IMG/VR virus record: IMGVR_UViG_3300005805_000074 | Span: 1-64,000 of that record | Reading direction: 5' to 3' (one strand) | Source: a virus | Taxonomy: Duplodnaviria > Caudoviricetes | DNA: 64,000 nt | Shown: positions 18,563 through 27,236 of the stretch, piece after piece | Layout: each line of letters opens with the position of its first letter | Numbering within the stretch: the stretch's first letter is position 1 | Notes under the pieces: model-generated | What the model was told of the DNA's origin: nothing | Seen by the model: the letters and a program-made list of their open reading frames with translations, nothing else | The model's database searches: none | Translations under genes and position numbers: made by a program

Positions 18563-19584
18563 CACCCAGCTAATCCCGTATAGGAAAGACCACCACTTAC
18601 AGATACTACACAAGTAATATCTTCTGTTTCATTGACGCATCCACTCTCATCAACATATGTGGATTGTGCGTATTCTCTAGTGATTGGGTCACCAGCCAAT
18701 TGATAAGCCGGAATGGTAAGGGTAATATCGTTGTTTCCAACTCCTGACTTGTTGTATCTGATGACTACATCAACTGCTGTTCCACCATTGGTAATATTAT
18801 TTCCGTATTGGTCCTTCAATAATATACTGGTAGTATTTCTTGCTTCTGGGTATGAACCACACGGAGATGGAGCAGTTCCATTACTGGTATTGGTATCAGA
18901 TATTGCTACCGACGTTGCTACTGGAGCCGCCGTGGTTGTGGTAGTAGTCGTGGTCGGGGCTACAGTTGTAGTGGTAGTAGTTGTGCTAGTTGTGGGGGTT
19001 CCATCCCATATACAAATACCATAGGTTGGGTCTGTTGGGTCGCAGGTGTAACCCGAGCAACAGTTAGGTGATGCATTCAAGCATACATCACCCTCACCAA
19101 TACACGCCGCTGTAGTTGTAGTAGTTGTTGGTGCTTCTGTAGTTGTAGTAGTAGTTGGTGCTTCTGTCGTTGTAGTAGTTGTTGGTGCTTCTGTTGTTGT
19201 AGTTGTAGTGGTGGTTGGTGCCCCTGTAGTGGTCGTGGTAGTGGTTGATGTTGTCGTGGTTGTACATGGTGAAGGAATAGTACTTGGACAGGTAACAAAT
19301 TGTCCAGGTGGACATCCATCTCCTATTTGTAAACATACTTTAGCATATGTTGGTGTTACAAAAGATAACAAATTAGGACACTCAATATATCCCGCAGGAC
19401 AATCTGCAGTAGAATACGATGTTCCAGGATCACCTTGTGGGCCTGGGTACGCTGCTGTTGGTGCGTATGATGCACTTAATACTCTAGTATTAGCAGACGC
19501 CGGATTACTTGCAGTAATGGCAGTTAGTGCAAATGACGAACTGAGTACGGTTACACCTTTTTCAAATGGGTAAAAATATGTCAT
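18559..19584 (-). CDS. Thr-rich mucin-like protein with Cys-rich and cystine-knot-like modules (probable virion decoration)
   Basis: (T)nEAP repeats, a six-Cys segment, the C-C-CC-C-C motif at 19012-19104 and a C-terminal beta-rich domain. Confidence 0.65.
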   Translation of the reverse strand: MTYFYPFEKGVTVLSSSFALTAITASNPASANTRVLSASYAPTAAYPGPQGDPGTSYSTADCPAGYIECPNLLSFVTPTYAKVCLQIGDGCPPGQFVTCPSTIPSPCTTTTTSTTTTTTTGAPTTTTTTTTEAPTTTTTTEAPTTTTTTEAPTTTTTTAACIGEGDVCLNASPNCCSGYTCDPTDPTYGICIWDGTPTTSTTTTTTTVAPTTTTTTTTAAPVATSVAISDTNTSNGTAPSPCGSYPEARNTTSILLKDQYGNNITNGGTAVDVVIRYNKSGVGNNDITLTIPAYQLAGDPITREYAQSTYVDESGCVNETEDITCVVSVSGGLSYTGLAGC

Positions 19585-19587
19585 GTA

Positions 19588-20013
19588 TTAGAACTCGTTA
19601 CCTGGTGAGCACTTGTACAATTCCCCTGCAAATTGTACACAAATACATCCCGTTGGACAAAGAGTATACTCTGGTCCACACGGTCCACCACATACTGGAG
19701 CGGTTGTTGTAGTTGTGGTGGTTGGTGACGCTGTTGTTGTAGTAGTGGTAGTAGTAGTAGTTGGTGCTTGTGTTGTTGTGGTAGTAGTTGATGTAGTGGT
19801 TGTTGTAGTAGTAGAACCACCACAAACTATTAAAGAACTAGATAATAAATATATAGTCCCACCACTTGTTCCTGTGTCTCCCTTAGACCCCGTTGGGAAT
19901 AATCCATGTGATGCTGTGGCAACCGTTCCCACGATGTATGATGCGGTAACGGCATTACTTGCAGTAATTGATATATCTGCGAATACTGGGTATCCAAGTG
20001 GATAAAATTTCAT
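19588..20013 (-). CDS. Thr-rich protein with a C-terminal six-Cys knottin-like motif
   Basis: N-terminal MKFYPLG shared with neighbours, three Thr tracts and CGGPCGPEYTLCPTGCICVQFAGELYKC. Confidence 0.65.
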   Translation of the reverse strand: MKFYPLGYPVFADISITASNAVTASYIVGTVATASHGLFPTGSKGDTGTSGGTIYLLSSSLIVCGGSTTTTTTTSTTTTTTQAPTTTTTTTTTTASPTTTTTTTAPVCGGPCGPEYTLCPTGCICVQFAGELYKCSPGNEF

Positions 20014-20015
20014 GG

Positions 20016-20219
20016 TTAACAGGTAGGTGGATAAGTGTCATAAGGTCCAACAGTAGTACTAGGAGTACCGTTATCTCCCGGAGGCCCCTTACTACCAGAA
20101 ATAGCGTATGAGGCAGAGAGTGTTCTTAGTCCATATTCTGCAGTAAATGAATAGTTAGCACCAGAACCCGTGATAGTTTTTTCAAATTTTGAAGCAGACC
20201 CAAATGGATAAAATCTCAT
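20016..20219 (-). CDS. Small paralogue of the FYPxG family
   Basis: MRFYPFG...LSASYAISGSKGPPGD, the same N-terminal and SASY-GxxG pattern as the two downstream genes. Confidence 0.6.
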   Translation of the reverse strand: MRFYPFGSASKFEKTITGSGANYSFTAEYGLRTLSASYAISGSKGPPGDNGTPSTTVGPYDTYPPTC

Positions 20220-20220
20220 A

Positions 20221-21021
20221 TCAATTCTCTAGTGGATATATCTGCACGGAAGCGTAAATATTACTTTGTACGGACGGAGATGTATTTTCTAGTATATATC
20301 CAACACGATTACTTCCAACGGGATATGTTTCTAGATTGTACGCTTGTAATACTGGAGTAATTCTATATAAATATGATGCACTATCGTATAACAAGTCACA
20401 AATTATAGATGACCCTGTTGCTGATGCGGTATCAAATTTTCTATTTTTTTCTGAGTTTGGAATGTCGCTAATAGGTCTAGAATATAATCTTAGTCGTACA
20501 CTTGAACTTTCCGAATATGACCCAATAATCAAAAACGATTTTGGACTTGCAATATTTCCCGAACTTGTTGCAAATCCAGCTAAATTTACTCCAGGATACG
20601 CGGGAATATTGATAAATGTTCTACTAGATGTGTTTAATTCTATTGGATAATACTCTATTGATAATTCATTGTTTACACTGTTTTCTATATTATACCATGT
20701 GTTATTTTCATTACCATGACTAGTAGCTATAATTGGTGGGGTAAATTCAATAAATCTATCCCCAGAGGTTAGTCCGGCATCTAAATTTAAAGCAACAGAT
20801 GCACTATAATCAAACGAACTAGTAGATCTTGCGGAATCAATAGATACACTTCCCGATGTACCATATAACCGAACTCTACAATCTTGTGATGACGAAATGT
20901 TTAATAAAATATATGATGCCCCTAAATACACACTTCCTTGTGTACTTGGGGTAGTGCTTGATACTGTTACTACTTTTCGTGTAAATCTAGACCCACTTTG
21001 TATTTGTTCTATTAGTCCCAT
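20221..21021 (-). CDS. Hypothetical structural protein with an internal two-fold repeat
   Basis: Two copies of a (F/Y)ILL...VRLxLY...R.F unit. Preceded by the late-type motif. Confidence 0.55.
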   Translation of the reverse strand: MGLIEQIQSGSRFTRKVVTVSSTTPSTQGSVYLGASYILLNISSSQDCRVRLYGTSGSVSIDSARSTSSFDYSASVALNLDAGLTSGDRFIEFTPPIIATSHGNENNTWYNIENSVNNELSIEYYPIELNTSSRTFINIPAYPGVNLAGFATSSGNIASPKSFLIIGSYSESSSVRLRLYSRPISDIPNSEKNRKFDTASATGSSIICDLLYDSASYLYRITPVLQAYNLETYPVGSNRVGYILENTSPSVQSNIYASVQIYPLEN

Positions 21022-21042
21022 ATTATTCCTCTAAAGTACTAC

Positions 21043-21052
21043 TATAAGTATC
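21043..21052 (-). promoter_or_regulatory. Putative late-promoter motif GATACTTATA
   Basis: About 22 nt upstream of the 21021 start. Confidence 0.55.
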
Positions 21053-21083
21053 ATAAACTGAAATAAATATGTATTAATTTACC

Positions 21084-21323
21084 CTATTTACTCCACTTAC
21101 TTTTTGGACACGCTTCGGTTCCTGCCTTAGGACTATATATTTTTTTTGATATAGGACACCCACAAGCTCCACAAATATAAGTTTTAATCAAATCTTTAAA
21201 CTGTTTGTGTTCGCATAATTCACATATACTTGCACGATATTCCGCCGTTTCTTTTTGTTCTGGAGTTGGATTGGATGCTCGGTGCCAAGCAACAACTATT
21301 TCAGATATACTAGGGATTTGCAT
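21084..21323 (-). CDS. Small Cys-rich (probable Zn-binding) phage protein
   Basis: R..ICELC...CGACGCP..K...EACPKSKW pattern. Confidence 0.7.
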   Translation of the reverse strand: MQIPSISEIVVAWHRASNPTPEQKETAEYRASICELCEHKQFKDLIKTYICGACGCPISKKIYSPKAGTEACPKSKWSK

Positions 21324-21326
21324 AAT

Positions 21327-22007
21327 TTATACGGAATATTGTAATGAGTAATTATATACTTTATAATCGTCATAGAACAAATATTCTATCATTTTTATAA
21401 ATTTACCGTCATTCATGTCTAGGTGTTCTAGATGTTTCTTTTTTATATTTCCTATTTTTTGTATTTTCGATGTATCTATTCCGAAAGTTTGCTGTAACCA
21501 CATATTGAACTTATTTAAATTTTCATAATAAAACCAGGTCATTTTTGGATGATATGCCCAATGTACTTGTGTTTTAAAAAACGCATCATAATATGCGGTG
21601 TAGTCTACACCAAATATTTGTTTAAACGATAAATTATTTCGAGGAACACAGTTTGTATGGAAATTATCATATATAAATTCCACTAATCTATCAATATTGT
21701 CGAGTGGTAATTTACCTGGATGGTTAATACAATCTAAAGTACTACATTCAGAATTTATATCTGCCAAATGATTTAAAGCAGAAATAAATCTTGTAACGGG
21801 ATGACGAACTATTGTAAATCCAGAATAGTTTTTGTTATGATGGGTATATAGTTGTTCAAATGTAAAATGAAAATGTAATGAATAATCTTTACTTTCAATA
21901 TTTTCACCATTGCGAGAAACTAATATTTTTGAATAGGCTCTAGTTCCAGTTTTTGGAATTTTTACCCAAATCCATTTAGAATCATTAATTTTAGAAGATA
22001 TTATCAT
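21327..22007 (-). CDS. Sulfotransferase (Sulfotransfer_2-like)
   Basis: 5'-PSB WVKIPKTGT and 3'-PB VRHPVTRFISA motifs. Confidence 0.85.
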   Translation of the reverse strand: MIISSKINDSKWIWVKIPKTGTRAYSKILVSRNGENIESKDYSLHFHFTFEQLYTHHNKNYSGFTIVRHPVTRFISALNHLADINSECSTLDCINHPGKLPLDNIDRLVEFIYDNFHTNCVPRNNLSFKQIFGVDYTAYYDAFFKTQVHWAYHPKMTWFYYENLNKFNMWLQQTFGIDTSKIQKIGNIKKKHLEHLDMNDGKFIKMIEYLFYDDYKVYNYSLQYSV

Positions 22008-22710
22008 TTTCTAACCGCCATATTATATTATCGGCAATTACTCTGTGACAAGTTTTGGACGGGTGATAATCTTTTCTTGGTTTTTTAAAATTGGCATAAT
22101 CTGTAGCTATAGTCAATTCTGGTCTTGAATTTTCTTCTGGTCTTTTTTGTAATGGAATATCCTGTAAATTTGCAATACATTCAAATGTTTCGTCTTTATA
22201 TTTTAAACGAATTAAATTATTGAATGACCATGTACAACTCTTTACGGTTTCTAACGTGTCTTCCGGCCATTGAAGTATATACACTGGGAACTTATGTGTA
22301 TAACTTTCTAAAAATTTTAATACTGATAATGTATCTTCTGTTTTATTTTGTTCTATATATTCGTCTAATGTGACATTATTTTTTTCTAACCATTCTTTTA
22401 AATAAGCATTATGACGATGATTCATTAAATCAATATGGGAAACATTAGGTAGAATTTTACTATCACTTCTAGCCCATCTAGTTAATTGAAATACAAAAAC
22501 ATCCACACTATTATTTTTTAGATATTCTTCCCACCAAGATATAATCTTCGTATGAGAACCACCACGAAATGACTGATTTATAGTGTTAACATTAAAATGA
22601 TTACCAACTAGAGTAGAAAATCTACTTAATGTATTCGTACCGTCATAATACTCTAGACCGTCACCATATGTAAATGAACATCCTGCAAACCCAATATTTT
22701 TATCTAACAT
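21991..22710 (-). CDS. SGNH/GDSL-like hydrolase or acyltransferase
   Basis: GCSFTYG block I, RGGSH block II and DYHPS block V. Start moved to MLDKNIG. Confidence 0.65.
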   Translation of the reverse strand: MLDKNIGFAGCSFTYGDGLEYYDGTNTLSRFSTLVGNHFNVNTINQSFRGGSHTKIISWWEEYLKNNSVDVFVFQLTRWARSDSKILPNVSHIDLMNHRHNAYLKEWLEKNNVTLDEYIEQNKTEDTLSVLKFLESYTHKFPVYILQWPEDTLETVKSCTWSFNNLIRLKYKDETFECIANLQDIPLQKRPEENSRPELTIATDYANFKKPRKDYHPSKTCHRVIADNIIWRLENDNIF

Positions 22711-22711
22711 T

Positions 22712-24226
22712 TTAGCAACAGAATCCTCCACAACAAAATCCACCCTTACCACAGTCTCCATTATAATAACAAGCAAGAGTTACAAGAAGAACAGTATTTT
22801 CATTTTCATCTAAAGTAAGATACTGTTCTGACTCTATTTCATCTAGTTCAGTTGCTGCTGTTTCGTACACTCCTATGACATAATGACTATAATATTTGTT
22901 GTTATTGTTATCAGTGGATGTAATTTGTAAACGATATTTTCCAACTTCCACAGTTTCATCTGGAGATACCGACACAGTAAGTGTTCCGTCTACATATGAT
23001 GCAGTTATCCACGGAAATGCTTTATAAAAAATATTTGGGTCTTCATATGTAGTTGCATCAATATATTCTGCATTTGATATACTATTTATTGCACTAAATG
23101 TTAAAGTACTGGTGGTGTTTCTTTGTACTGGAAATAAAGTACCTACTGGCGTATTCCAAATTAATCTGTTTCCTAAATATAATGTTTTAATAAGTCTGTT
23201 TGGAGTAGTGTTATAAATAGTTTCGTTACGGAACAACATATCTTCCGATGCGTTGTTTAATACTAATGTTTGTATTTGTTGTGCAGATAAAGTAGGGTTA
23301 TCAACAATATATTGTGAAACCACACCAGATACTATGGCCGCGGCCACAGAAGTTCCTGAGATAGTTTCATATGTGTTGAATCGATTTGCCACAAGTACAT
23401 TGATACCAGGTGCGGTAATATCCACTTCCGAACCCCAATTACTTATTCCCACTCCACCAGGCACCCACGATACCACTCGGTCGTATGCGTCTGATGCAGC
23501 AACGCCTAACACAGTATCCAACCCTACAGGTGATAATGTATCTGCATCAATACCAGTGTTACCTGCCGCGGCAACAACAACTAATCCGGCGTTTTGTAAT
23601 TCTGTAATTTTAGTATCTAGTAACCTACTCTTTGGTACAGTCCATGAACAATTAACAACTTTTATACCTGGAGTTTGTAAATGGTCTGCAAGAACCGCGT
23701 CAAACGCCTTTAATAGTTCACCAACTGTGGTAGATTCTAGTGGAATTTTTACATTCTTAACAATTGCATTTTTTGCCACACCAACGGTTTTACCATTAAT
23801 TAAACTGGCCATAGAAGTACCGTGTCCTACTATATCAGTGTAAAACCCGTCGTGAGAATATAAATGCACTACTGTAGATTCAGAAAATTCATCCACACTT
23901 ACATCTATACCAGAGTCCATGAGATACACAACACAACCATCACCATAATTTACTGGATTGTAGGTTTGACGCATAGGAAGTGTTGGGGATACTAATCGTA
24001 ACAGATGCCACGAAGAATGTGGTGTTACTGTTATGCCCTCATCTACTTCAACAAAAACAACTCCCGAAATAGCTTCGATGGTAGAACTTTCCACCTCATC
24101 GGACACTTCTAGTCCAATAACATTAAGACTTTGTAATGTGTAAACAACCGTTCCGTGTGTACTTAATGTTGTAGTTAGTATCTCAACATTGGTATCAGGA
24201 GAATATGAAATATTAAAGGTTTTCAT
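22712..24226 (-). CDS. Subtilisin-like S8 serine protease with a short prodomain and a Cys-rich tail
   Basis: Catalytic motifs MDSG, GHGT, AAAGN and SGTSVAA. Ends CYYNGDCGKGGFCCGGFCC. Confidence 0.93.
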   Translation of the reverse strand: MKTFNISYSPDTNVEILTTTLSTHGTVVYTLQSLNVIGLEVSDEVESSTIEAISGVVFVEVDEGITVTPHSSWHLLRLVSPTLPMRQTYNPVNYGDGCVVYLMDSGIDVSVDEFSESTVVHLYSHDGFYTDIVGHGTSMASLINGKTVGVAKNAIVKNVKIPLESTTVGELLKAFDAVLADHLQTPGIKVVNCSWTVPKSRLLDTKITELQNAGLVVVAAAGNTGIDADTLSPVGLDTVLGVAASDAYDRVVSWVPGGVGISNWGSEVDITAPGINVLVANRFNTYETISGTSVAAAIVSGVVSQYIVDNPTLSAQQIQTLVLNNASEDMLFRNETIYNTTPNRLIKTLYLGNRLIWNTPVGTLFPVQRNTTSTLTFSAINSISNAEYIDATTYEDPNIFYKAFPWITASYVDGTLTVSVSPDETVEVGKYRLQITSTDNNNNKYYSHYVIGVYETAATELDEIESEQYLTLDENENTVLLVTLACYYNGDCGKGGFCCGGFCC

Positions 24227-24246
24227 GAACTATTCCTAAAAATGGG

Positions 24247-24816
24247 TTACTGTTCGTCAACTATATTTAATGTGGATGCTGCCCACGCTCTTTCCATACA
24301 AAAATAACAACCATTACATCTTTCCAAACCAGGCAAACCGCATGACCTAGTTAATTTTAGTAAATCAAGTATATCTTCCTCTATATACATACTTAGTATT
24401 TCTACTTTATCTATGTCTATAAACGGTCGTAAATGGTACTCATTTAGTGGAGCCCCACGTACTGGTGGAGTGTCGCCTGGAATATAAACCGTTGGGGTAA
24501 AATGTGTTACAACTTTATTACATCCTGTTAGTACTACTCCTGGATATACACTTAAGATACGTTCCACCGCATCTCTAATAAACATCCCTTGCTGTTTTAT
24601 ACGAGAAATTTTATATCTATCACCAAACTTGTTTTTAAAATACTGACTTATTGGAACTATCAATTTATTAAATATTACTTCATCATTATTCATTATATGA
24701 CACACAACAGGTACATCATTATACTTTAAAACCAAATATGTCAGTAGTGCACTATCCGCCCCACCAGACATCAAAATATTTGTGTTTTCACACTCTTTTG
24801 GTATGTAAACTTTCAT
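24247..24816 (-). CDS. QueC-like PP-loop ATPase (short)
   Basis: MSGGADS PP-loop and TRSC...CNGCYFCMER Zn site. Confidence 0.7.
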   Translation of the reverse strand: MKVYIPKECENTNILMSGGADSALLTYLVLKYNDVPVVCHIMNNDEVIFNKLIVPISQYFKNKFGDRYKISRIKQQGMFIRDAVERILSVYPGVVLTGCNKVVTHFTPTVYIPGDTPPVRGAPLNEYHLRPFIDIDKVEILSMYIEEDILDLLKLTRSCGLPGLERCNGCYFCMERAWAASTLNIVDEQ

Positions 24817-24818
24817 AG

Positions 24819-24828
24819 TATAAATATC
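24819..24828 (-). promoter_or_regulatory. Putative late-promoter motif GATATTTATA
   Basis: Immediately upstream of the QueC-like/S8 operon. Confidence 0.5.
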
Positions 24829-24830
24829 AG

Positions 24831-25601
24831 TTATAATCCCATTTCCTTCCGAATTTGGGTGGCGCTAATGGACTCAGTTTGGGGGTCTAAGTCAATCTTT
24901 TCTACCTTATACCCCACGTCCCGACCATAGTAGACACCCGTAATGTTCGGAAGTGCCATAATAAGGTACTTCCCCTGATACTTTGTTTCCAATTTGGCAT
25001 GTATTCCCTTCACTACATCCAGAAAGTTAAATGGGTTCTTTTCATCCAGACCATATGTGTCCCGAACCCCGATAAGTACTTGTCCTTCCTTTTCTAGAAT
25101 CTTCTCAAACAGTTTAAGGTGACCATCGTGAAATGGTTGGAAACGACCAATCATCAGTCCGGTGGATGATTGATATTTAAACCTTACACTTAGTTGTCGA
25201 ACCAGTTCGATAATGGGTAGTATTTGTTCTTCTACATTTCCCCATTCCGTAATGATGAAATTCACACTATCCGGGTCTGGTCGTTCAAATACCTTGTTGG
25301 TATCCTCAAATCGTCCCGCATCAATCGTATCCATAAAGATTGTAAGATGTGCATTAAATATTTTTCTAGTATGTTCAGTGGGACATACAAAATCTACTAC
25401 AGATACCCGTGGGCTACTGATTTCACACAACTTACTCATTCGTTTGGCTTGCCTATGCCGACCGTCATCCGAAAAATCCCAATCATTGAACATCTTTCGT
25501 ACTTCGTCTGCGTTGAAATAAGCGGCACCTAGTTTTTCTGCCAGTATCTTTGCAAATGTGGTCTTTCCAGACCCCGGTAATCCCATAACCAAAATTTTCA
25601 T
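24831..25601 (-). CDS. cysC: Adenylylsulfate (APS) kinase fused to a HxGH nucleotidyltransferase domain
   Basis: GLPGSGKTT, DEVRK, DFS..GR and FVCP in the N-terminal part. GRFQPFHDGH, ISATQIR in the C-terminal part. Confidence 0.85.
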   Translation of the reverse strand: MKILVMGLPGSGKTTFAKILAEKLGAAYFNADEVRKMFNDWDFSDDGRHRQAKRMSKLCEISSPRVSVVDFVCPTEHTRKIFNAHLTIFMDTIDAGRFEDTNKVFERPDPDSVNFIITEWGNVEEQILPIIELVRQLSVRFKYQSSTGLMIGRFQPFHDGHLKLFEKILEKEGQVLIGVRDTYGLDEKNPFNFLDVVKGIHAKLETKYQGKYLIMALPNITGVYYGRDVGYKVEKIDLDPQTESISATQIRKEMGL

Positions 25602-25822
25602 AATACCGTCCTGTCGTTTTTTAATCCGTATCGTATCCAGTTATACCATACTCGTTCGTGTATAAAGTAAATCAAGGGTTTTATTATTAATTCAATAAAA
25701 CCCATACTACCAGCTATAGTTAAATTTCTAGTAAATATATACGAAATTACCACCGTTGTCAAGGTACCTAGTATTCTATATGTAACTGTCTTTGCGATGT
25801 GTCGTTTTATATGTAAAGTCAT
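25598..25822 (-). CDS. DUF2061-like small membrane protein
   Basis: KTVTYRILGT...YFIHERVW pattern. Confidence 0.8.
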   Translation of the reverse strand: MTLHIKRHIAKTVTYRILGTLTTVVISYIFTRNLTIAGSMGFIELIIKPLIYFIHERVWYNWIRYGLKNDRTVL

Positions 25823-26448
25823 ATTAAATTTTCTTGTTGTAAGCAGTCGTCGTATAATTGATTAAATGCATCTATGTCCTCTAACATATCCTCATCTTTT
25901 ATTTCATAGGGTTCATATTTGTATTTTGTACCCATATATGGTAATTGTATAATATTCATAAACTCTTCTGAGTTATTAATAATATATCTATCAGAAAACT
26001 GATAATCACACTCGTATCTAAATGTCATATGTTCTGTATAATGTTGTAATCTTTGTATTATTTCTTGTTTAGTGATTACTAGTGACCCTGTATATTTTTT
26101 TCTTTTACTTTTATCTAGAAAAGTATCTGTTTGTTTAGCTACCAATACTTTTAATATTTGTTTTCGTAAATCCTCTGGATAAATGAATATGGTTTTGTAC
26201 TCACTTTCTATGATGCGAGTTACCATATTAAAATCATGACTAGATATTATTTTAATTAATGGTAATGGAGAACTACTCATTATTTTTTTAAATCTATCTT
26301 CTATCTGTTCTTTGTTATATGAACGAGGATTGAATGCAGAAAACTTACCTATTGAAGAATACAAAGGATTTTGAAACATCAACGATTGATTTAATAAATG
26401 CCATGTATATGTACTAGCACTTCTTGGTAAAGATATAATACAATACAT
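25819..26448 (-). CDS. Sulfotransferase-like P-loop protein
   Basis: N-terminal ISLPRSASTY (PRSGST-like PAPS-binding loop). Adjacent to cysC. Confidence 0.6.
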   Translation of the reverse strand: MYCIISLPRSASTYTWHLLNQSLMFQNPLYSSIGKFSAFNPRSYNKEQIEDRFKKIMSSSPLPLIKIISSHDFNMVTRIIESEYKTIFIYPEDLRKQILKVLVAKQTDTFLDKSKRKKYTGSLVITKQEIIQRLQHYTEHMTFRYECDYQFSDRYIINNSEEFMNIIQLPYMGTKYKYEPYEIKDEDMLEDIDAFNQLYDDCLQQENLI

Positions 26449-26454
26449 TTGTGT

Positions 26455-27234
26455 TTACCGTGGTTTGTACCCGTAATCTTCTCCACCATTTCCTACGAAA
26501 TGTCCGTCCCACGTTTCCTCTTCGTATAATTTGTGGTGAGAATATTCGTTTGATTTGTATGTACTTCTGTGTGGTGGATTTTCTTTGTCTGGTTCTGATG
26601 TACTAATATAGTAAAAGAATCTAATCGCACATCGACCAATATCTTCTGGTGCGTTTACTGCACTCACACGATGATATGGTCCGTGTCTAACATTTTCATT
26701 AATAACAAACCTATTAAACCGTGGTGCAACAGATTCAATAAGTACGGCGTCAGAATTGATATCAATATTGTCAGTATAATATTGTATGTGACCACCCCAT
26801 TCATCCTTCCAATCAGGTGTAATATATAACAAAGAAGTTAACTTTCTGTGTAGACGAATACGGTCATTCCAATTAAAATCATAATGACATCCAAGAGTAT
26901 TTCCATTTCTGATAATAGAATACCCGGCACCAACTAAATGTGGGTCAGGTAATAATCCTGTAATACCAGTCATTTGTTCTAGTTCATATAGAAACTCACC
27001 AGAGTGCATAATATCATAAGTGACTCTATGTGCAGTAGGAAGAGAAATTAAATCATTGAATTCTTCCATACGTGACCCTGCACGGGTGAACACTGTCCAT
27101 CCACCTTTAGGGGCATTCATGCACTCTTCATATAGTGCATATGCGGTATCTTCGTCTAAAAAGTTATCAACTTTTGTTCTACCAAATCCATACTTTGTTT
27201 TATTAGTATCCCATTCTGTTTTTTTATTTATCAT
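26455..27234 (-). CDS. 2OG-Fe(II) oxygenase (prolyl-4-hydroxylase-like, 2OG-FeII_Oxy_3)
   Basis: HYD, W..EWGG, YHRV and RCAIR motifs. Start moved to MINKK. Confidence 0.85.
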   Translation of the reverse strand: MINKKTEWDTNKTKYGFGRTKVDNFLDEDTAYALYEECMNAPKGGWTVFTRAGSRMEEFNDLISLPTAHRVTYDIMHSGEFLYELEQMTGITGLLPDPHLVGAGYSIIRNGNTLGCHYDFNWNDRIRLHRKLTSLLYITPDWKDEWGGHIQYYTDNIDINSDAVLIESVAPRFNRFVINENVRHGPYHRVSAVNAPEDIGRCAIRFFYYISTSEPDKENPPHRSTYKSNEYSHHKLYEEETWDGHFVGNGGEDYGYKPR

Positions 27235-27236
27235 AA

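Noticed and set aside
18713-20005. Plus-strand poly-Val ORFs and alternate-frame Gln/His- or Tyr/Asn-rich ORFs
   Set aside because: These are antisense and frame shadows of the ACN Thr tracts.
24247-24816. 7-deazaguanine DNA modification pathway
   Set aside because: Only a short QueC-like gene is present; queD, queE, folE and dpdA are not in the window.
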